DNA from: Azolla caroliniana
Taxonomy: Eukaryota; Plantae; Polypodiophyta
Direction of reading: 5' to 3'
DNA: 64,000 nt
NCBI GenBank assembly: GCA_043228905.1
Contig: JBHGNT010000002.1
Location: forward strand, 22,134,001-22,198,000
In this document: piece by piece, positions 50,635 to 60,773 of the stretch
Position numbering within the stretch: the first letter of the stretch is position 1
How the letters are laid out: every line of letters begins with the position of its first letter
Translations under genes and position numbers: made by a program
The notes under the pieces: model-generated
Told to the model about the DNA's origin: nothing
Databases searched by the model: none
What the model saw: only the letters and a program-made list of their open reading frames with translations

Positions 50635-53600
50635 TGTCGCGTTGTTACGCGCGTGCGTGGAGAAGGGCGGAACCACGGGGGTCTTGGACTAAGGAGAAGG
50701 GGAGAAGGAATAGGACTTCGGAATGGAGCTTAGCACAAGAAGAGAAAGAATGAACAAGAGGAAGATGGAGGCCAAATGCTCAACAAGATATATTAGAACC
50801 GAAAACCGATTACAAAATGGCGGCCGCGTAGGCCGCACCAAACGATTATGATAAACCCGAAACCCTAATCCGACGAAGAAGAAAAGAAACCCTAAACCTA
50901 ACGCTCGTCCTATGTGGTATACCTTTCGCACTCCAAAATAGGCAACCCCCACAATGGTGCTCTTCCTCTCCCTTTATAGCACAAGGAGGGAAGACCGTTA
51001 CATAAAGGTGCTACAAAATATCCCCTTTCAATCAATGGGGATATTTCCCTTGATTTTAGGGGAGGTGGGAAGGATGGGCCTTAACTCCCACCTCTACACG
51101 AATCACTATGTACCTATCTCTCTCTCTCACGTGGATGTGCGCGCAAAGCACATCACCTTTACACTTTACAAATCCTAAGGTGCATTTCTAGCACCATACT
51201 TATCACTATCGACAAATAGAAATACGACATGTTGATGTGCAACGTTGCACATCGCGGGTTTGCTTACTTCGTTCGGTTTTCCGCCTATGGACGAAAATCT
51301 TCACGACATCCGCCCCCACCTAACCGCACATCCACCGGTATGTGCCAAAAGGGGAACAAAACGCGAGATTTTCGGCCAAGGCGGCCAACCGAGCCCTTGA
51401 CAACCTCGTGGGCTTGCCCGGCTTCGTCTTCCACTTCGAGCAAGTCCACCCCGTCCACACGAACCACCGTCGCCTTCCGGCCCACCATCTCCGCCGAATG
51501 GTCTCGAACCGTCGGCTCCATCCGATCCGCCACACTTGACAACGTTCGCCGAGTCGTTGCCTCCACCCGATCCGCCACGTCCACCGTGATTCCTCGAACC
51601 ACCGTCTACATCCGGACCGCCGTTTCCGATGCCCGCGCTTTCTTCCCCGATCGGTCCTCCCGAACGCCGTTGCCGACCCGGTTGCTCTTCTTTTGTCCGC
51701 CTCGTATAGCCTCCGGATGCTCTCCCGATCTCTCCGGCTGCACGCCGGATTCCGCCTTTCCCGTGCCGCACACCTCGGCGTGCCGACTCTCTCCGCTCCG
51801 TGATTGCCTTCCGTAGGCTTTCCCCGTATGTCGATGCTCTCCCCCGAATGCGTGCTCGTGCTTCGGTCCTTCGACGACCCCATCACGCATCTTCCGCCTT
51901 CCCTTCGCCTTCCGTGCTCTTTCGCCGTAGAGCATACCATCATTCCCGTACTCGTTGCTTGGCCCTCATGCGGCCGTATTGCACGTGTCTCGTGTCGCGC
52001 TTCCACCGTAGACCCGTCCCCCGCATCGGTCTCCAACTCCTCGCCGCCACCCGCCATCTCCTCGATCTTCCGTTGATCCGCAACCGCCGAAGTGTTAAGC
52101 ATAGGTGTGGAGGGTTCCTTCCGCTCTCGGTCTCCCACCGAGTCCTTGTCCTTGTGCCCGCTTGGCCCCCTTCTCGCGCTCACCGGCTCCCACCGTGTGT
52201 TGCGACTCGTACACCTCGGCCTCCAATCGTGCCGCTTCGCCTCCCGGTCGGGTCGGATTACCGACCGGCTCGCCTTTCGGTTGGGTCGGTTCCCGACTCG
52301 CTCCTCGATACCGCTCCGATCCTCTCCGTCGGACTCTCCGTATACACCCATTCCGGGCCCCGTATCCCCTTCTTCGCATGTGCTCTCTCCGGGCCACGCC
52401 TCCTCACGGCCACCGCCCTTCTCTACGGTCTTATGTTGGCTTCCGAGTGCAACCGCCGTAGTCTCCGGCCCCGGTGTCAAGGGGTCTTGCCTCCGTCCGC
52501 TCCAATCTTCCTTCTCGTTTCCGTTGCCCGCCTTGCCGCCGTCACCTCCCGTCGCACTAAGCCTCATGCCGGCACTCGGGCCGGCCATTGGAGCCTCTAG
52601 GATTGGTGTGGGTAAGGACCCGGCACCGCCGCTTGTTGTCTCCGTAGCCGCTTTCGTTCGGACGTCGTTGTCCGCGGCTCCCCCATCTCCGATTCCGTAA
52701 GCCTCTAGTATGCTTGCCACCACCTCTTCTTCGCCGTTCTCCGCATCATTTTGTTTGCCCGCCTTGCCGCCGCCACCGCCCGTCGTTCTAGGTCTCGTGC
52801 CGGCACTCGGGCCGACCGCCGAAGCCTCTAGGGCCGGTGTGTGGAAGGTCGCGGCACCACCGCTCGCCTCCTCTCCGCTCGATGTTTTGGGCCGCCGTGC
52901 CCCGAATCTTCCGCCCACTTTCGAAGTGGCGCTCTCCGCACCGGCCTCATCCTTGGCCGTCCATTCGCCGCAAGACGAGAGGGTTTTTCGCTCCGCACCC
53001 TCTCCCATGTCGTCGTCGTTTCGGTTGCCCGCCTTGCCGCCGCCACCGTCCGTCACTCTAGGCCTCTCGCTGGCTCTCGGGCCGGGTGCCGGAGTCTCTA
53101 GGACCGGTGTGTGGAAGGTCGCGACACCACCACTCCTCTCGTCCGTAGCCACCTCCCTTCGGACATCATCGTCCGTGGCTACCCCGTCTTCGGTTTCGCA
53201 AGCATCGAGTATGCTTGCCGCCGCCTCTTCTTCGCCGGTCTCGTCCTCATCTCGGTTGTCCGCCTTGCCGCCGCCACCGTCCGTAGCTCTAGGTCTCGTG
53301 CGGGCACTCGGGCCGACCGCCGAAGCCTCTAGGGCCGGTGTGTGGAAGGTCGCGACACCGACGCTCGTCTCCTCCCGACTCGATGTTTCGGGCCACCGTG
53401 TCCCGAAACCGTAGTTACCGGCCTCCATGGCCGTCGCTTCACCGCAAGGCAAGAGGGTCGCTTGCTCCGCACCCTCTCCCATGTCACCGTCGTACGCCCT
53501 TCCGGCCTCGATTTTCGCCGTCACGATCTCGCACGCCTCCCATACCAACGCCTCGAAGTCGTACTCCTCCGGTTGGTCGTGCATCGAGCTCTCTTCCGGC

Positions 53601-54990
53601 GGTGGTGTGTAGCCGCCCACCGCCCTCTCTTCTCCGCCGCTCGCGGGTCGTGTTGTGGCCGACCACCTCTTATCATGTTGTCGGCACACCCGTTCTACTT
53701 CGGGCCACTCCTCGGTGAGACCATGCGCCCCATAATCGTCTTGAAGCTCGAACATGATGTCCATCCTCTCCTCATGATGGACCGTCTTCAAAAATAGGAG
53801 GACTTTGTCCGCCCCCACCGATCTTCGTTCCCACTCCGAGAGTTGAGAGAAACGACGCTCGAACTCTCGGAATGCCTCTATTGCGCTCCGATGGCGCCTC
53901 GCCGACGCCATCCACCGATCGAACTCTCGCCGACCTCTTACCTCCGATTCCGCGCACCCGTATGCCTCCATTAGAGCCCCTTCAAAGGACTCCCACGATT
54001 CGTGAGCTTCTTGGAGCTCCTTGACCTCCTCGTACTTTGATGTGGCCGCCGCTCGACGAAAGAACTCTAGCCTCGTCGCTTCGTCCACGCCCATCCCCGT
54101 CATTTCCGCATCGTAGGCTCTCAAAAATTTTGGGACCTCCTTCCCATCGAACCGGCCGACTAGACGGACCACCCTTTCGACCGCTTGTTGAGCCGCCTCT
54201 CGCCTCGCCCTCTTCCATCTGGCGTCCATCAAGATCTTTGTCATCATCTCCTCGAAGTCGAAGCCTTCTTCCATCTCTTTCTCCCTTGCCGCCTTTCACG
54301 TCGGGTTCACCAAAGATGTCGCGTTGTTACGCGCGTGCGTGGAGAAGGGCGGAACCACGGGGTTCTTGGACTAAGGAGAAGGGGAGAAGGAATAGGACTT
54401 CGGAATGGAGCTTAGCACAAGAAGAGAAAGAATGAACAAGAGGAAGATGGAGGCCAAATGCTCAACAAGATATATTAGAGCCGAAAACCGATTATAAAAT
54501 GGCGGCCGCGTAGGCCGCACCAAACGACTATGATAAACCCGAAACCCTAATCCGACGAAGAAGAAAAGAAACCCTAAACCTAACGCTCGTCCTATGTGGT
54601 ATACCTTTCGCACTCCAAAATAGGCAACCCCCACAATGGTGCTCTTCCTCTCCCTTTATAGCACAAGGAGGGAAGACCGTTACATAAAGGTGCTACAAAA
54701 TATCCCCTTTCAATCAATGGGGATATTTCCCTTGATTTTAGGGGAGGTGGGAAGGATGGGCCTTAACTCCCACCTCTACACGAATCACTATGTACCTATC
54801 TCTCTCTCTCACGTGGATGTGCGCGCAAAGCACATCACCTTTACACTTTACAAATCCTAAGGTGCATTTCTAGCACCATACTTATCACTATCGACAAATA
54901 GAAATACGACATGTTGATGTGCAACGTTGCACATCGCGGGTTTGCTTACTTCGTTCGGTTTTCCGCCTATGGACGAAAATCTTCACGACA
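50635..54990 (-). mobile_element. Element C: non-autonomous Gag-only LTR retrotransposon (TR-GAG-like), 674-bp LTRs, tRNA-Trp PBS, 4-bp TSD CCGT
   Basis: LTRs 54317-54990 (5') and 50635-51308 (3'), about 4 mismatches by eye. CCGT at 50631-50634 and 54991-54994. PBS 54295-54312 and PPT from 51309 on the minus strand. No PR/RT/RH/IN motifs. Confidence 0.93.
51320..54274 (-). CDS. 984-aa Gag-like protein of element C: capsid-like N-terminus, acidic tandem repeats, Arg-rich tail
   Basis: N-terminal ~200 aa align by eye with B gag (RFDGKEVPKFLRAYDAEM vs RFSGMDATSYLASYRAEM; WESFEGALMEAYG vs WEEFEGRLLERYG; WPEVERVC vs WAVVKRVC). The ORF fills 2955 of 3008 internal bp. Confidence 0.8.
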   Translation of the reverse strand: MEEGFDFEEMMTKILMDARWKRARREAAQQAVERVVRLVGRFDGKEVPKFLRAYDAEMTGMGVDEATRLEFFRRAAATSKYEEVKELQEAHESWESFEGALMEAYGCAESEVRGRREFDRWMASARRHRSAIEAFREFERRFSQLSEWERRSVGADKVLLFLKTVHHEERMDIMFELQDDYGAHGLTEEWPEVERVCRQHDKRWSATTRPASGGEERAVGGYTPPPEESSMHDQPEEYDFEALVWEACEIVTAKIEAGRAYDGDMGEGAEQATLLPCGEATAMEAGNYGFGTRWPETSSREETSVGVATFHTPALEASAVGPSARTRPRATDGGGGKADNRDEDETGEEEAAASILDACETEDGVATDDDVRREVATDERSGGVATFHTPVLETPAPGPRASERPRVTDGGGGKAGNRNDDDMGEGAERKTLSSCGEWTAKDEAGAESATSKVGGRFGARRPKTSSGEEASGGAATFHTPALEASAVGPSAGTRPRTTGGGGGKAGKQNDAENGEEEVVASILEAYGIGDGGAADNDVRTKAATETTSGGAGSLPTPILEAPMAGPSAGMRLSATGGDGGKAGNGNEKEDWSGRRQDPLTPGPETTAVALGSQHKTVEKGGGREEAWPGESTCEEGDTGPGMGVYGESDGEDRSGIEERVGNRPNRKASRSVIRPDREAKRHDWRPRCTSRNTRWEPVSARRGPSGHKDKDSVGDRERKEPSTPMLNTSAVADQRKIEEMAGGGEELETDAGDGSTVEARHETRAIRPHEGQATSTGMMVCSTAKEHGRRREGGRCVMGSSKDRSTSTHSGESIDIRGKPTEGNHGAERVGTPRCAARERRNPACSRRDRESIRRLYEADKRRATGSATAFGRTDRGRKRGHRKRRSGCRRWFEESRWTWRIGWRQRLGERCQVWRIGWSRRFETIRRRWWAGRRRWFVWTGWTCSKWKTKPGKPTRLSRARLAALAENLAFCSPFGTYRWMCG

Positions 54991-54994
54991 CCGT

Positions 54995-56555
54995 GGTAAA
55001 AAGGGTCTGTGGCCGTTTCGACAAGCGGCGGGAATGGGTTGACAAAGGATCGTCAGGGGCGGGCTCTGTCGCAGCAAAGAAGCTCGAGCCAACACCACCA
55101 ACACGAAGGGAAGAGACCCGAGATTGGCTCGAGACCGGGTCGGCCTCAACCGGCATGGTCAAGGGCTCGTCCGGGGGAGCAGCTCTGGAGGAGTTGACGC
55201 GGATGGTAAAGGATCTCCAGATCGCCCAGGCACGGAGGGATGGTGGCGAACAGGCCCGCGACCGACGACCTCTGGCGGAAAACAGGTGCATGTGGTGTGA
55301 CGCGGTTGGGCACATCCGAAAGGACTGCGGGGACTTCGCCGAGGTGATGAGAAGCAATGAGGTGTACTTGTGGAACGGTCGGGTGCACGCCAGCGAGACC
55401 GGAAGGGCCCTGAACCTGAACGTCGGGCGAGGGGACATGAAAAGGCTGATGGAGGAGGTGGTGGCTCGTCACGCGGAGACCGTCCACTACTCGGCGTCAG
55501 TTGGTATTCGGGTCGGAGGTGGCGAGGCCCCGAAGACGAACAAAGCCGGGTTCTGGCCGACGATGCTGGAAGGCCTCGCCGACGCGCGGCTGAGGAAAGA
55601 AGAGGTGGACCGCGCGGAAAAACGGGTTCGGGAGGTAACCGGGTGGAGTGACCCGGTGGAAGAAAAGACGGGTTTCGTCGAAGCCACTTGTCGAAACTAC
55701 GAGGCTCTGGTAGAGGACAAGCGGGTAGGGAAAACCGGAGGGGCCGGGCCCTCGCAGCAATATGAAACTCGATTCGAGCAAAGGTGGAATGAGGCCGGTG
55801 TACTCGGCGCCCAGGATAATCCCAAGAAGGGCGGGTACCGGTTGGGCATAGAAATCGAAAGATCCAAGGACCTGCGAAAGGTCCTGGAAGAATGAATCCT
55901 CGACAGCAAGGTGGAACTGTCGCTGAGGGAAGTGCTTGGGATCGCCAAGAAGGAGTTCCACGACTCCATCATAGACTTGGTGAAGAGGAAGCTGTCGACG
56001 GAGACAGAACCGGAGAAGCCGGTGGAGGTGCGGACGATGCACATAGAGGACATGGCGCTGGAAGATGAGTTGGCGGAGAGCCACTATTCGAGGCCGCACT
56101 GGGCCAGAGCGACTACGGAGACCCCCGTGAAGATCGGAGATGTTCATGAACCAGTGGTGGCGTTGGTGGACCACGGTTCAGAAATCAATTTGATGTCCAT
56201 GGACTTCTATAAGAAGGGAAAATGGCCGATCAACACCAAGCACGGGTGGAAAATACGGGCGGCGACGCGTGCCACCGAAGAATTGCATGGAGCCTGCCCG
56301 AACGTACAAGTAAAGATCGGCGATGTCAAGATTGACCAACACTTCTTCGTGCAGGAGACGTCCTCACATCCGGTTTTACTAGGAGAACCGTACATCACGG
56401 CAACACGGATGGAGACCAAGGTGCTGGACAACGGCTCGGCCTATGCAAGGGTCAAGAGCCAGGATGGGCGTCACTCGGTCCAGTTCCTGACGGTGAGACC
56501 GAACCATGAGCGGAACCGCGAGACCCTCGGGGGCGAAAGCTGAGAGGATTTTTAG
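54995..56555 (+). pseudogene. Element B gag C-terminal part and aspartic protease
   Basis: Zinc knuckle CMWCDAVGHIRKDC; protease ALVDHGSEINLMS...VLLGEPY. In-frame TGA at 55893 and 56541 (probably CGA>TGA). Confidence 0.88.
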
Positions 56556-59500
56556 AGAGGGCTATCAAGGCGTGGGGCCGCGATAGTCCGAACACTCCGG
56601 GAAAACCCCACAAATGTACGATAGCAGAGAAGACCTGTACTATAAGTAGGAAATTTTGGTTCTCCAACAACGGAGGGTGTACGATAGTCGACGTTGTTGG
56701 ACGGAAGAAGAAAAGGGCAGAAGAGTGACTTCGGGCATGTGGTATCCTCGGCCTCGGAGAGGAAATCAACGGAGCCGTGGAGGCGGTCTCTTTCGACGAT
56801 ACCTTGGGGGAGCTGCGAGAGGTAGTCGGAGGAATCCTTAAAGAGGACCAGACGATTCCGGTATGTTCGGAAAGGATGTACGAAGTCATCGCCGACTTCA
56901 GTAGAGGGCTCGAGTCGGATCGGACGGCCCGGGTGGACACAAGGTACAAGACGGTGGACCGGAAGGTGAGGCCAGTCACGGCTCCCTTGCCGGAGGGCAG
57001 CGAGTTGCGAATAAAGGGGGTTGCGTCGGACCTGAGTTTACGAAATCCGGCCCGCATAGGACACACGTTCATCGACATAACTCTGCGCGAGCTCAAAATC
57101 GGTGGGGGCGGCTTCCTACTGCTGGCGGAAGAGGACCGTTTTCGGGGAATGCTTGGAAGGCATGAGAAGGCTTTCGCATTCTCACCGGAGGAGATCGGGT
57201 GCGTAGACCTGACAGTCGTGGAACTGATGGTGATATTCATAGTACCGCATGTGCCGTGGAGTCTCAAACCGATTCCAGTACCCAGAGCTCACATCCCGAA
57301 GTTGATGGAGCTGTTAAAGCAGAAGGTCGAGATGGGAATCCTCGAACCGTCGAGTGCCCCATACTCGAATCAGTGGTTTACCGTGCCGAAGATGGACGGC
57401 ACGCTACGCTTTATTCAAGACCTGCAGCCGGTCAACAGCTGACCATTCGAAACGTAGGAATCGGATCGACAATAGACGAGTTTGCGGAGGCCTTCGCCGG
57501 AAGGTCAATTTACTCGGTCGGTGATCTTTACTCGGGGTACGATCAGTTCCAGCTTGTCGTAGAGTGCAGAGACATCACGACAATGCGAACTCCTCTCGGC
57601 CTAGTACGGATGTGTACCCTGCCGCAAGGAGGGACGAACGCGGTGGCTCACATGGTGAACGCAATGAACAAAGTGCTGAGGGATTGTATCCCGGACATCA
57701 CCGTGCCGTTTTTGGACGACGTCCCGATCAAGGGATGCCCGGTGGAGGAAAGGGACGAGACGATCGGATCGGACGGATGCCGGAAATTCGTGGCGATGCA
57801 CATCGACGACTGCGAGAAGGTGCTGCAGAGGTTGGAGGGAGCGAGGCTCACCTTCTCCGGGGGAAAGTCGGCCTTCGGGCAATCAGAGATCATGGTCGTC
57901 GGACACCTATGCGGGCCATACGGCCTGAAACCGTCTCCGGCTAAGGTAGAAGCCATCGCTGCGATGAAGAACGACTGCAACTCGGTCACGGAGGTTCGGA
58001 GGTTCTTGGGAGCATGCACGTTCTACCACATATGGATCCCGCATTATGCTCACGTCGCGGAGCCATTATACGGGTTGCTGAAAAAGGGGCGAAGATTCGA
58101 GTGGAGAGACGAGCATACGGAGTCTGTTCGGAAGATGAAGGAAGCACTTGCCGCGGCTCCGGCGCTCCGAAAGGCTGTCTACGGAAAGAGCACTCCAATT
58201 TACGTAACGGTAGACACGAGTCCGACCGGGATCGGATGGGTCGTCAACCAGGAGGACGAGGATGGCATGCGTTCCCCGATCCGGTTCGGCGCGAAGGTCC
58301 TCAGCGAGCGACATCGAGGATATGCCCAGGTTAAACGCGAGCTCTGGGGTATTGTTTCGGCGGTAAAGGCCGACAAAGACTACCCGATCGGGGCAGAGGT
58401 AATTATCGAGACGGACTGCCTGCCAATTCTTGGCATGGTTTTCGGATGCGCGACGCTGGACTTGGAAATGCTCAGGTGGATAGCGTACATAAAGTCCCTG
58501 AATCCGGAAATACGACACATTTCTGGGAAGGACAACGCCATGGCCGACATGCTTTCAAGGGCGAGGTTCGAAAACGACGGCGGCATGGTTTCAGAGGATG
58601 AGGAAGTCGGCGGGGACTTCTTCGAGGCGGCTTACGTGACAACCAATGGGGTATGCTCTCCAATGCTTAACGACTTCGACGAGAGCAAGTACGACGGGGA
58701 GTGGCTGCAGATCGGCGGGTTCCTGAAAACAATGACATCGGACGCGGCATGGACAACGGACGAGGCCAACCGGATTCAGAAGAAATCCTACCGATTCTTT
58801 CTCCAGGACGGATACATCTGGAAGCACCCAAAGAAGAGGAACAACATCCCGCTCCGAGTGGTGGCGAAGAAGGAGGAACAGGATGATTTGCTGGCAGTGC
58901 ACCACGATAGCCCGTGGGCTGGACTCCGTGGAACATGGGCCACGTTCGAAAAGCTAAAGGGGAAGTACTGGTGGCCGGGACTATATCGGGACGTGCATCA
59001 GTTCATGAAGACTTGCGAAAGCTTTCAGGTGCACTCCATGATCCGACATCGGGACGAGCTTCACCCGACCTACCCTCCGACCGTCCACTTCAAGTGGATG
59101 GTGGATTTAGTGACGATGCCAATGGGGGTAGGATAGATGCGGTATCTGGTGCTGGCTAGGGAAGATCTAACGAACCAGGTTGAAGGCCGAGCCCTGCAAA
59201 ACAAGACGACGGCAACCGTGTGTCGGTTTTTGATTGAGGACGTAGTATGCCGATACGGGTGCGTAGGGAAGATCGTGGCTGACCGTGGTGAGTTGGACGC
59301 AGAAGAGGCCGAAGAGTTGTTCGACCGACTAGGGGTCAAACTTTCGCTCACCACAACGTACAATCCAGAGGTGAACGGGAAGGTGGAGCGCGGGCACGGG
59401 CCAATTGTCAAAGCGCTAGTACGGGCGTGCGGAGGCCGAGTCGGGGACTGGCCACGACTGCTACCTTATGCCTTGTGGGCAGACCGGACTACGCACAGTT

Positions 59501-60022
59501 CGGTAACCGGGTTCATGCCGGCCGAGCTGATGTTCGGACAGAAGCCGATCATGCCAATAGAGCAAACGATCTCCTCGTGGGCCACGGTGAACTGGAGGGA
59601 TGAGATGAGCCAGGAGGAACTGTTGGCGGCGCGGATTCGACAGCTTGAGTGGAGGCCAGAGGACGTAGAACGGGCCGCGGAGGAACTTTGAGTAGCGAGG
59701 ATAAGGAACAAAGCCCAGTTCAACCGAACACACCGGCTCCGGCCAAGGAAGATCGAGGAAGGCGACTGGGTGCTAGTCTACGACAGCAGTCTCGACAATC
59801 AACACAGGGCCACGCGGAAGTTTGCGAGGAGGTGGTTCGGGCACCAACGCCAATGGGATGTACCATCTCGCGGAGCTCGACGGTACGAGAATGGCGATAC
59901 CGGTAGCGGGGAAGAGGATCAAAGAGTTCAAGTAACGGCACGATGGGGAGCCGGAGCTAAGGGGCATGGACAGCGACGACGAGCAGCCCGAGGTGGAGGA
60001 TGAACCGGTAAACGAGGAATAA
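56546..60022 (+). pseudogene. Element B pol (RT-RNase H-integrase), no chromodomain
   Basis: LRFIQDLQPVN, DLYSGYDQF, LPQGGTN, PFLDDV, VTVDTS, DMLSR, WWPGLYRDV, VDLV..ADRGE..YNPEVNGKVER. A frameshift near 57438 and stops at 59134 and 59689. Confidence 0.92.
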
Positions 60023-60098
60023 AAGCAAGGATCGGTTTTCTCCCGTAGGAACCCAATTTTGGCGCATACCGGTGGATGCGCGGTTAGGTGGGGGCGGA

Positions 60099-60658
60099 TG
60101 TCGTGAAGAAAACCGTCCCCAGGCGCAAACCGTGTGTTATGTGTGTGAACCAGCCCTTACACGTGGGCACGTCCCTTGTCGTATAGTAGATAGGTAGGCA
60201 CAAAGGTTAGATCCTAGGTAGCAATATTCTATAAGGGAAATCGAGGAGTATCTCTGTTCGAAAGGACAGAGAATTAATGTGATGTAAACAGGTGAAACGG
60301 CCTCCCTCCTTGAGCTATAAAGGAGAGGGAGACGGGGGATTGCGTGCAAAAAGGAACGAAGTGCTGTCGGACTGGGACCGAGCTCTTCTTCTCTGTCGTT
60401 CTCCGTAGGTTTCTTTGGCGCAGGTTCTCAGGAGGCAGATCCTGCTCCGTGGAATGCCCGTGTGCTTCCGGCAGGATCTCCATCTTGCTCTCCTGTGTGC
60501 GTGGGTGGTCAGGCGTCGGCATCCACCTCGCCGACCTGGTCGGCTGTAACCGTTCGAGTGTTCTGCATACATTTATATACATACGCTAGTGTTCTCAACT
60601 CGTGTCTCCTGTGTTGTTGGGCCGCGTCCCCGTGCACTTCTCTGTCTATACGTGTGTG

Positions 60659-60695
<37 letters not shown>

Positions 60696-60769
60696 TTCTC
60701 ACCTATTCCTCGGTCCAAGACCCCAGTGGTCCCGCCTTGTTCTCCACGCACGCGCATAACAACACGACA
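60099..60769 (+). repeat. Element B 3' LTR
   Basis: TGTCG...GACA, preceded by the PPT ttaggtgggggcgga. Confidence 0.95.
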
Positions 60770-60773
60770 ACGT

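Larger units (their letters stand above)
49358..60769 (+). mobile_element. Element B: non-chromovirus Ty3/gypsy, 671-bp LTRs, tRNA-Trp PBS, 4-bp TSD ACGT; defective, split by element C
   Basis: LTRs 49358-50028 and 60099-60769. ACGT at 49354-49357 and 60770-60773; removing B restores Copia integrase YYV|LFIDDFSR. PBS TGGTGAACCCGACGTGAA 50033-50050; PPT ending 60098. Confidence 0.95.

Noticed and set aside
50689-51178. Duplicated small ORFs (87 and 74 aa) repeated at 54371-54860
   Set aside because: They recur only because they lie in the two LTRs of element C; no evidence of coding.
51229-54435. Numerous overlapping + strand and alternative-frame ORFs in element C (likewise within B and the Copia)
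   Set aside because: Shadow ORFs of GC-rich coding sequence with no recognisable motifs.
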